From Candidatus Xenobia bacterium (GTDB lineage: Bacteria; Vulcanimicrobiota; Xenobia; Xenobiales; QWHO01), in assembly GCA_045863235.1 (NCBI GenBank), contig BTUM01000140.1, positions 1 through 11,500 on the forward strand: 11,500 bases of DNA, written 5' to 3'. A model generated the notes under the pieces. The model worked only from the letters and a program-made list of their open reading frames with translations, was not told the origin of the DNA and made no database searches. Of this stretch, positions 1 to 6,196 are shown piece after piece. The position numbers and the translations under genes were made by a program. Every line of letters starts with the position of its first letter. The first letter of the stretch is position 1.

Positions 1-54
1 GAGGTAGCGTTACCCCTCGTCCCCCAAGTTACACCACCTCGTGAGACACAGACC
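1..54. mobile_element. Probable right end of an insertion sequence (IS256-like terminus); element body lies left of the window
   Basis: AAGTTACACCACCTCGTGAGACACAGACC (26-54) resembles, from memory, the 'TACACCAC...GAC...CC' right ends of IS256-family elements. It also truncates a minus-strand gene start (GTG at 69) after ~5 codons. No partner IR or transposase is visible in the window. Confidence 0.4.
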
Positions 55-69
55 CAGGCGATCTTGCAC
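55..69 (-). pseudogene. 5' stub of an interrupted gene (MQDRL...), possibly a transposase
   Basis: GTG at 69-67 has GGAGG at 82-78 (8-nt spacing) and a promoter at 134-105. The frame runs into the putative IS end and stops at 12-10. Confidence 0.4.
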
Positions 70-104
70 TGGTGGGTCCTCCGGTCTGTTGAGGTCTCAC
101 CCTG

Positions 105-134
105 ACCGTAGCATCCCGCCTCCACCCGTTCCAA
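105..134 (-). promoter_or_regulatory. Sigma70-type promoter with extended -10
   Basis: Minus strand TTGGAA (134-129), 18-nt spacer ending in TGC, then TACGGT (110-105). It lies ~35 nt upstream of the GGAGG/GTG gene start. Confidence 0.45.
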
Positions 135-219
135 GCGCGCTTGCCGAAAGCTCACAAAAAGCCTCAGGATTGGCGGTGTTGGGCTAAACCGCCGGCTCTA
201 TGGGAGTTCAATCTGCCTT

Positions 220-242
220 GGCGTACAACGCTTGAGAGAACC
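220..242 (-). mobile_element. Possible left terminal inverted repeat of a second IS (GGTTCTCTCAAG..., IS6/ISL3-like)
   Basis: The minus strand from 242 reads GGTTCTCTCAAGCG, similar to the GG(T/C)TCT termini of IS6/ISL3 elements. It lies just upstream of a 5'-truncated gene remnant. No partner IR is in the window. Confidence 0.25.
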
Positions 243-271
243 TACTATCATCCCCCCAAAGACGCACAGAG

Positions 272-440
272 ACGGGCGGAACGCGCGAATTCATCTACTA
301 CACGGCCGACCCCAAAGCGGTGGACGGCATCGTGAACCGCGTCCAAAAGCAATTTCTAGAGCACGAGGCACGAGCTCCAGCACATCGTCGAGAGTGACCC
401 CGACTGGGAGGTCTATCGCGAGTTTACCACTTCCGACTGA
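272..440 (+). pseudogene. 3' remnant of a DUF695-like gene, frameshifted by a 7-bp tandem duplication
   Basis: Reads TGGTREFIYYTADPKAVDGIVNRVQKQFLEHE. Removing one copy of GCACGAG (361-367/368-374) continues it as LQHIVESDPDWEVYREFTTSD* (TGA 438-440). The 'TxxGxREFxxY...DPxWxxY' pattern resembles DUF695 C-termini. No start codon follows the upstream in-frame stop. Confidence 0.6.
361..374 (+). repeat. 7-bp perfect tandem duplication GCACGAG x2
   Basis: Directly visible at 361-367 and 368-374. Confidence 0.9.
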
Positions 441-501
441 GGGGGAGTCGCGATACTCTCATCAACGGTGCTGAAGGTCGAAGGTCGCGCTCGCCAGTCA
501 C

Positions 502-951
502 CTATTGCCTGGCCTGTATTTCGCTTAGAAGTATACGCGAAATTTCGTCGGGGGGATTAAGGTCCTTGTCGTTCGTTACAAACGCGCTGCAGCTACTCGA
601 TATGCCTGCAGCAACTTGTAGCGCATCGGGTAATTTCAGGTTCTTCTCGCCACGGATCTTCCCGGCCAGGTAGCAAATCTCAGAGGTGAGGTCCACCATT
701 GCCAGGGGCGGACTCATCAAGAGATTGCGATACTGTTCAGCAAGGTCCGGCTTGTTTTTCTTGAATGGATGGGCAACAATTTCGGCGAGACTGACTCCTG
801 AGGTAACAAGTTTGGCGTTGTTGCGCACTGCGACATCAATGAGATCCTGGCAAGTTTGGCCGAAATCCGCATGGTCCTCGATATAATAAATTAGGAAATT
901 TGTGTCCAAGAAAAGTCGGTCATGAGCCCGGATTACTTCCTCGGCAGTCAC
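502..951 (-). CDS. vapC: PIN-domain ribonuclease toxin, VapC family
   Basis: 149 aa with the PIN acidic residues D16 (FLDTN), E57 (LAEI), D109 (KLPDA) and D128/D130 (FVTNDKD). GTG start is 1 nt after the upstream TAA and preceded by GGGAG. Confidence 0.93.
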   Translation of the reverse strand: MTAEEVIRAHDRLFLDTNFLIYYIEDHADFGQTCQDLIDVAVRNNAKLVTSGVSLAEIVAHPFKKNKPDLAEQYRNLLMSPPLAMVDLTSEICYLAGKIRGEKNLKLPDALQVAAGISSSCSAFVTNDKDLNPPDEISRILLSEIQARQ

Positions 952-952
952 C

Positions 953-1303
953 TTACTCCCACTCGCCTCTCAGTGATGCGACATACTCCAGCGGGTCAAC
1001 ATTCTCCCAAATCTCCTTACCAAGCCCGCGTAGGCGCCCGAGAGACGGAGCGGTCGAGGCTTGGACCACGGCCTTATCAGCCACACGCCATTTCAACTTC
1101 GTACGTTGAATGGAAGCGGCAAGCGCCTCTTTATACCTGGCTTGCACCAGGTCGGCTAGCGGCCGCATACTTAGCAGGCTGGTCACCCTAACCAAGTCGC
1201 TTTCTGACTCAACATTGAGGGTGATGTCCTCTGGGCCCACTTGATTTGCTGGGAAGCCGGCCCAGACTTCAGTTCGATAAGGCGTGGCCGAATTGAATGT
1301 CAC
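953..1303 (-). CDS. Putative antitoxin (VapB-like C-terminal tail) with uncharacterised N-terminal region
   Basis: 116 aa, directly upstream of vapC. The C-terminus LRGLGKEIWENVDPLEYVASLRGEW resembles the 'LxGLGKEIW...D..EYV...R.EW' tail of antitoxins found before this PIN clade. GTG start overlaps the upstream stop (GTGA, 1303-1300). Confidence 0.75.
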   Translation of the reverse strand: MTFNSATPYRTEVWAGFPANQVGPEDITLNVESESDLVRVTSLLSMRPLADLVQARYKEALAASIQRTKLKWRVADKAVVQASTAPSLGRLRGLGKEIWENVDPLEYVASLRGEWE

Positions 1304-1944
1304 GACCCTTCGGCTCCCTTCAACTCACCACGGGCTTTCCAAAACGTTGCATAATCAAGCCTTAGAAGCTCTTGATCACCGTAAGGAGTAGGAGTAACGT
1401 ACAACTGCATCAAGAACTCCATCAATGCCTCACCCTTGTCGCTGGTCGGCACAAGATTAACAGGAATAAGCTTTGGCGTCGTTTGGAGGCCGATTCTTAT
1501 CTGACCATTCCCATCATCCATCGGAACAAAGCTAGCACCATTCTGTGGTCCATCCAGTGCAAACATGAACTGTAGACAGGTTCCTGAAGCAAACTTCAGT
1601 GTGTAGGGGAGATCCGGATGCAACCAAACCACCCCCGAGTGCGTTCGAACCCAATCTCCGTAGCGGACCTCTTGAACAAAGAAGCCTTGAGACGACCCAT
1701 GCACAAGCTGGATTATCTTAGTCGCTACAGTGCCTCCCAGGTCTTCCACGATTGCATGAAATGACTTGCTGACTCGTCGATACACGATGGCCGTTAAGGA
1801 GGCTAGGATTTTATCAACACCATCAGCGTCCGAAACCACGGGCAGAAGAGCCTCGCGTAGTCGGTCGAGTTCTCTGGCTTCTAACTGTGAAAGGATGGCT
1901 TCTCTTTGTTCCTCGCTAGCTTCAGACATGTCCTGCAGGCTCAT
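1300..1944 (-). CDS. Hypothetical protein (214 aa), first gene of a three-gene PIN module
   Basis: ATG at 1944 with GGAGAAGAG upstream; globular composition; stop overlaps the next start. The ORF-track extension to 2178 overlaps a PIN remnant in another frame and is probably not translated. No family recognised. Confidence 0.75.
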   Translation of the reverse strand: MSLQDMSEASEEQREAILSQLEARELDRLREALLPVVSDADGVDKILASLTAIVYRRVSKSFHAIVEDLGGTVATKIIQLVHGSSQGFFVQEVRYGDWVRTHSGVVWLHPDLPYTLKFASGTCLQFMFALDGPQNGASFVPMDDGNGQIRIGLQTTPKLIPVNLVPTSDKGEALMEFLMQLYVTPTPYGDQELLRLDYATFWKARGELKGAEGS

Positions 1945-2014
1945 ACCGCGCTCTTCTCCGCGAAGGGTGCTAATTCCACCTGACGCGCCGTTCGGAGCCT
2001 TGCCCGCTTCGGGC

Positions 2015-2221
2015 TCAGGCCGCCGCTTGCTCTCTGAGCGTTTCGAGCACGATGTCGGGTTCCAGTTCGAAAAGGTCGGACAGGAAATTGTCTGGATCGA
2101 TGACTGTGATGGAGTAGGGCTCGGTTGCTCGGGGCGGGAAGTCCTTCGAGTTCTTGGTGACGATAAGTTCAGCGCCAACTCGCACAGCAGCAGCGAGAAC
2201 GTGGCGGTCCTTCGCGTGATT
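2015..2221 (-). pseudogene. Start-less fragment of a second PIN-domain gene (PIN_3/VapC50-like)
   Basis: Manual translation: NHAKDRHVLAAAVRVGAELIVTKNSKDFPPRATEPYSITVIDPDNFLSDLFELEPDIVLETLREQAAA*. It has the hallmark DRHVLAAA, IVTxNxKDFP and PDxFLxDL motifs. An in-frame TAA lies at 2260-2258 with no start codon before the homology. Confidence 0.85.
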
Positions 2222-2265
2222 GACGCTTCTCTGCGTTTCGTGCGGGTTCGAGGAAGCTTAAGCTC

Positions 2266-2274
2266 ACGGTAGCA
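2266..2274 (-). promoter_or_regulatory. Possible extended -10 element (TGnTACCGT) pointing toward the PIN module
   Basis: Minus strand TGCTACCGT, nearly identical to the TGCTACGGT element at 113-105. No -35 match. Confidence 0.2.
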
Positions 2275-2348
2275 TCCTGTTTGCGAGCCTGAGTTCCCTT
2301 GCCGGATTCGGCAGGAGTCGGGAGCCTTCCGTACAAGAAAGGGCGCCC

Positions 2349-2468
2349 ATGCTGGAGCTGACTGAAGACCTCGCGCCGACTCCTTTGCAGGAGAGCTGGT
2401 CGGGCTATGCCGCCAACTACTACGAGCGCACCGGGCCGCTGGCTGCCGAGGCCGCCCAGGAAGCCTGA
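2349..2468 (+). CDS. Small acidic ORF (39 aa) or 3' remnant of a truncated gene
   Basis: MLELTEDLAPTPLQESWSGYAANYYERTGPLAAEAAQEA*. AAGAAAGGG lies upstream, third codon positions are mostly G/C, and the stop is 4 nt from the convergent formyltransferase stop. Confidence 0.4.
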   Translation: MLELTEDLAPTPLQESWSGYAANYYERTGPLAAEAAQEA

Positions 2469-2472
2469 CTTC

Positions 2473-3327
2473 TCAGGCCAGCCGGGTCTTGAAGAACACC
2501 CGCCCGTCCCGGCAGGCCACGTAGCGCCGCCCTTCGGCCCGGCCAAGCCGACCGGGGGCAAGCTGGGACGAGACTTCGTCCCAGCCGGTGAACTCGGGCA
2601 CCAGAAATGGCCCCACCTCCAGCTCGCGCACCCACAGGGGGCAGACGCCGCGAAGGAAGTGATAGACGCGGCGCACCGGCCACTCGCGCCACTCGACGAA
2701 GCGCTCTCTGGGGCCGGGCTTGCGGGCGCGGGGATACTCCCCGGGGGGCTGGGGTCGTTCCTCCAGACGGCCCAGGCCGTCCAGGGCATCGGCCAGAAGG
2801 GCGCCCCCCGGCTCGAGCACGGCGTCGGCGAGCTCGCTCACGGTGCTGCCGAAGGGCACCTCGTAAGTGCTCTGGAGCAGGATAGGACCGGTGTCCTCGC
2901 CGGCGTCCACGCGATGGACCGTCCAGCCGCCTTGCAGCTCTTGCTCGTGATACATCCAGAACCAGGGGTAGGGGCCGCGCCAGCGAGGCAAGAGGGAGGG
3001 GTGAAGGTTGAGAGTGGGCCAGCGCTCGAAGACGGCCGGCGGCAAGAGGTGGGGGAAGTTGGCCACGCACAGGGCCTGGGGCCGCAGGTCTTCCAGGAAG
3101 CTCACCAGCTCGGGGTCTTTGCCGGAGCGCAGGCGCAGCAGGGGGACCTGGTAGGTCTGGGCCCAGATCCACAGGTTGGCCGAGCGGGGGGTCAGTCCCC
3201 AGCGCTCGAGCCAGCCGGCCCTGCGGGGCACTCCGTTGACGATGCCCACCACCTGGTGGCGCTCAGCCACGACCCGCAGGGGGGTGGTGGAGAAGCGTCC
3301 CGGCATGCCAAAAAAGACGAACCTCAG
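2473..3327 (-). CDS. Formyltransferase (Fmt/ArnA-N-like, 10-formyl-THF dependent); probable CTG start
   Basis: NLHPSLLPRWRGPYP and TVHRVDAGEDTGPIL motifs give the N-H-D triad. (M)RFVFFGMP matches the Fmt first strand MRIVFxGxP only if translation starts at CTG 3327; the first ATG is at 3306. The Fmt 'QPDRPxGRG' loop is absent, so it is not called fmt. Confidence 0.88.
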   Translation of the reverse strand: MRFVFFGMPGRFSTTPLRVVAERHQVVGIVNGVPRRAGWLERWGLTPRSANLWIWAQTYQVPLLRLRSGKDPELVSFLEDLRPQALCVANFPHLLPPAVFERWPTLNLHPSLLPRWRGPYPWFWMYHEQELQGGWTVHRVDAGEDTGPILLQSTYEVPFGSTVSELADAVLEPGGALLADALDGLGRLEERPQPPGEYPRARKPGPRERFVEWREWPVRRVYHFLRGVCPLWVRELEVGPFLVPEFTGWDEVSSQLAPGRLGRAEGRRYVACRDGRVFFKTRLA

Positions 3328-4325
3328 GGCTGCAGCCCCAGCTTGACGGCCTCGCCCCGGTCCAGGCGCTGGAAAGCCTCCTGGTAGCGCTCCAGGGGGT
3401 AGACGTCGGTGATCAGCTCGCCGACCGGGATGGCGCCGGCGATAAGCAGGTCGCGGGATCGGGCTACGGCGGCGGGGGTGAAGTGGAAGGCGCCCTTGAG
3501 GCAGAGGCCTCGTTCGAGCACGTGGGCGGGATCCACCGCGAAGGTCGTGCCGCCGGGACAACCTCCGTAGAAGAGCACGGTGCCTCCCCTCCTGGCGGCG
3601 TGGACGGCGTCTTCCCAGACGGCCGGCTGGCCGGTGCACTCGATGACCAGGTCGGCCCCGCCGGCGGCCAGGACGGCCTGGCCGGGGAGCTCAGTCTCGG
3701 GCAGCACCTCAGCGCCCAGGCGCTCGGCTACCTGGCGGCGCAGGGCGTGGCGGCCCGCCAGCAGCACACGCTCGGCCCCCTGGCTGCGAGCCAGGGCGGC
3801 GTAGAGCAGGCCGATGGGGCCGGCGCCCAGGATGGCCACGGTGCCCGAGGCGTTCACCAGGCTCAGGCCGTAGACCACGCAGCTGAGAGGCTCGAGCAGG
3901 GCGGCCTGCCACCAATCCAGCTCAGGGGGCTTGGGATAGAGGTTGGTGGCCACCACCGGGGCGGGCACGCGCACCACGTCGGCGAAGGCTCCCAGGATCA
4001 TGACCTGCATGCACTGGGGACAGAGGTTCGAGAGGCCCTTCTGGCACTCACGGCACTCTCCGCAAGGGGCGCTGGGGGCCAGCATGACGGGGGTGCCGGG
4101 GGGGAGCAAGACGCCTTCGCCCACCTCCAGCAACAGGCCCGAGAACTCGTGTCCGAATCCGCTCGGGAGTGGCCAGCGGGGATGACCGCGGCGGTAGAAC
4201 TTGAGGTCGGTGCCGCAGGTAAGGGCGGCCTTGACCTGGACGGTGACCTCGCCGGGACCCGGGTGGGGGGGCTCGACCTCACGCAGCACCAGGTCGAGGG
4301 GCTTTTGCAGGAAGAGCTGGCGCAC
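3324..4325 (-). CDS. Zinc-dependent medium-chain dehydrogenase (sorbitol/L-iditol/threonine dehydrogenase-like)
   Basis: CGTD, GHE and EPL catalytic-zinc motifs; CGECRECQKGLSNLC structural zinc site; GAGPIG Rossmann motif. Confidence 0.93.
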   Translation of the reverse strand: MRQLFLQKPLDLVLREVEPPHPGPGEVTVQVKAALTCGTDLKFYRRGHPRWPLPSGFGHEFSGLLLEVGEGVLLPPGTPVMLAPSAPCGECRECQKGLSNLCPQCMQVMILGAFADVVRVPAPVVATNLYPKPPELDWWQAALLEPLSCVVYGLSLVNASGTVAILGAGPIGLLYAALARSQGAERVLLAGRHALRRQVAERLGAEVLPETELPGQAVLAAGGADLVIECTGQPAVWEDAVHAARRGGTVLFYGGCPGGTTFAVDPAHVLERGLCLKGAFHFTPAAVARSRDLLIAGAIPVGELITDVYPLERYQEAFQRLDRGEAVKLGLQP

Positions 4326-4328
4326 CGT

Positions 4329-4772
4329 TCAGGGCTTCAGACGGGTCACGGCGTAGCGGGTCACCCTGCCTTCTTCGAAGAAGGCCAGCAGCTGGGTCTG
4401 GCGATCGGGGTCGTGGTAGGCCCAGCGCCAATCTTCCTGCTCGCTGGGCTCACCCAGCTCGGTCTCGAGCTGATCGGGGGTGAGGCCAACGGGAATGGCC
4501 TGCCCGCGCGAGGCAAGCTTTGTGCCCAGCAGCATGGTCGGGCGGCTGGTGGGCTTCCGGTCGGGCATGCCGATGATCAGACCGCACTTATAGGTGTATT
4601 CGTAGAACTCGCCAAAGAGCGAGGCTTTCAGGGGACGGCTCTGCACCGGGGCGCCAACCACAGCTTCGAGCTCGACGCGGCTGAACATCAAGGAGACGCC
4701 GTTCATGGTGAGGATAGCGGGCGCTTCGGCCAGCACCGGCAGGCACAGCAAGAGCGCCAGAAGGAGCCTCAG
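4329..4772 (-). CDS. Secreted protein with two SmpA/OmlA(BamE)/BLIP-like repeats; probable CTG start
   Basis: Starting at CTG 4772 gives the signal peptide MRLLLALLLCLPVLA|EAP, with AAGAAGG upstream and an in-frame TAA five codons earlier. Repeats: VSLMFSRVELEAVVGAP and IPVGLTPDQLETELGEP. The ORF track starts at TTG 4751. Confidence 0.75.
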   Translation of the reverse strand: MRLLLALLLCLPVLAEAPAILTMNGVSLMFSRVELEAVVGAPVQSRPLKASLFGEFYEYTYKCGLIIGMPDRKPTSRPTMLLGTKLASRGQAIPVGLTPDQLETELGEPSEQEDWRWAYHDPDRQTQLLAFFEEGRVTRYAVTRLKP

Positions 4773-6196
4773 ATGGCAGCCTTCTTAAGGGCGGGCTTTC
4801 CCAGGTAGTCCCCCAGCACGGGGGCCCAGGAGCTGACGTCGCCGGCTCCGAGCAAGATGACCAGGTCGCCCGGGCGGCAGGTCTCGGCCAGCATCTCGCC
4901 CACATCGTGGATGCCGGGAGTGTGGTAGACCTCGGCCGGGGTGCCGTGGCGGCGGATCTGCTCGACCAGGTTCTCAGCCTTGACTCCCACGATGGGCACC
5001 TCGCCGGCCGAATAGATGTCGGTGACCAGCAGGATGTCGGCCTCCTCGAAGGAGCGGGCGAACTCATCGGCCAGGAACTTGGTGCGGGTGTAACGGTGGG
5101 GCTGGAAAACGGCCACCACGCGCTTGGCCCAGCCCGAACGAGCGGCGTGCACGGCCGCCTGGACCTTGGCCGGGTTGTGGGCGTAGTCGTCCACGAGCAT
5201 CACGCCGGCATACTCGCCGCGCAACTGGAAGCGGCGCTGAACGCCCTCGAAGCGCTCCAGGGCAGCGGCTACCTGGGTGAAGGAGAGGCCGCTATGCAGG
5301 CCGATGGCCACCGCAGCCAGGGCGTTCTGGATGTTGTGGCGACCGGGCACGCTCAGGGTGAGCTCGCCCAGGTGCTGATCGTGGCGGTAGACCTGGCAGC
5401 GGGAAGCGAAGTTCCGCAGCTCGATGTCGCGGGCCTGGAACTCAGCTCCCTCGCTCAGACCGTAGGTCACGTAGGGCCGCTCGACTTTGGGCAGGAGGCT
5501 CTTGAGCACGCCGTTGTCGGAGCACAGCACCAGCAGGCCGTCCTCGGGCACGCGGTGCATGAACTCCACGAACACCTGCATGATCTTCTCCATGGTCTTG
5601 TCGTAGTCGTAGTTGAGGTTGGAGAAGGGCGCGGCGGAAAGATTGACGTCCGAGTCGATGTTGGTGACCACTGCGATCTTGGGGGAAAGATCGAGGAAGG
5701 AGGCGTCCGACTCGTCGGCCTCGGCCACCAGGTGGGTGCCGATGCCAAGCTTGGCATTGGAGCCGATGTCGTTGACCTCGCCGCCGATGATGACGGTGGG
5801 AGCGAACTTGCCATGCTCGAGGACGCGAGCCACCATGGAGGTGGTGGTGGTCTTGCCGTGGGTGCCGGCCACGGCGATGCCGCAGCGGTCTTGCATCACG
5901 TAGCCGAGCATCTGGCCCCGGGTGCGGATGGTGAGGCCGCGCTGCTGAGCGGCGACCAGCTCGGGATTGGTGGGGGGAACGGCCGAGGAGACGACCAGGA
6001 TGTCGGCCTCGCCCAGGTTGTCGCCGTGGTGGCCGATATGGATGCGGGCCCCCAGCTCTTGCAGGCCCTGGGTGATGCCGCTGGGCTTGAGGTCCGAGCC
6101 GGACACCGTCCAACCAAGTTGCAGGAGCACGCGCGCGATTCCGCTCATGCCGATCCCGCCGATGCCCACGAAGTGAGCGTGGCGACAGTCAGTCAT
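4769..6196 (-). CDS. murC: UDP-N-acetylmuramate--L-alanine ligase (with divergent motifs)
   Basis: HFVGIGGIGMSGIA, GTHGKTTT, EADESD, GVQRRF, DDYAHNP, FQPHRYTRT and GAGDV motifs. ATG at 6196 has an AAAGGAG RBS and overlaps the murG stop by 8 nt. 475 aa. Confidence 0.95.
   Translation of the reverse strand: MTDCRHAHFVGIGGIGMSGIARVLLQLGWTVSGSDLKPSGITQGLQELGARIHIGHHGDNLGEADILVVSSAVPPTNPELVAAQQRGLTIRTRGQMLGYVMQDRCGIAVAGTHGKTTTTSMVARVLEHGKFAPTVIIGGEVNDIGSNAKLGIGTHLVAEADESDASFLDLSPKIAVVTNIDSDVNLSAAPFSNLNYDYDKTMEKIMQVFVEFMHRVPEDGLLVLCSDNGVLKSLLPKVERPYVTYGLSEGAEFQARDIELRNFASRCQVYRHDQHLGELTLSVPGRHNIQNALAAVAIGLHSGLSFTQVAAALERFEGVQRRFQLRGEYAGVMLVDDYAHNPAKVQAAVHAARSGWAKRVVAVFQPHRYTRTKFLADEFARSFEEADILLVTDIYSAGEVPIVGVKAENLVEQIRRHGTPAEVYHTPGIHDVGEMLAETCRPGDLVILLGAGDVSSWAPVLGDYLGKPALKKAAI

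Noticed and set aside
141..474. ORFs 141-335 and 232-474
   Set aside because: Wrong frames across IS-like sequence and the DUF695-like remnant; no RBS or motifs.
1945..2178. N-terminal extension of ORF 1300-2178
   Set aside because: Ser/Pro/Arg-rich off-frame reading of the PIN remnant; a better RBS and ATG lie at 1944.
1766..2272. 168-aa plus-strand ORF
   Set aside because: Antisense to the PIN remnant and to the 5' end of the 214-aa gene.
108..2277. 9-bp direct repeat GTAGCATCC (108-116 and 2269-2277) as island att sites or a target duplication
   Set aside because: Short, with no integrase or tRNA nearby. The left copy lies inside a promoter, so both are better explained as extended -10 elements or chance.
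3328..3639. N-terminal extension of the formyltransferase ORF
   Set aside because: Arg/Pro-rich off-frame overlap with the dehydrogenase; homology begins at 3327.
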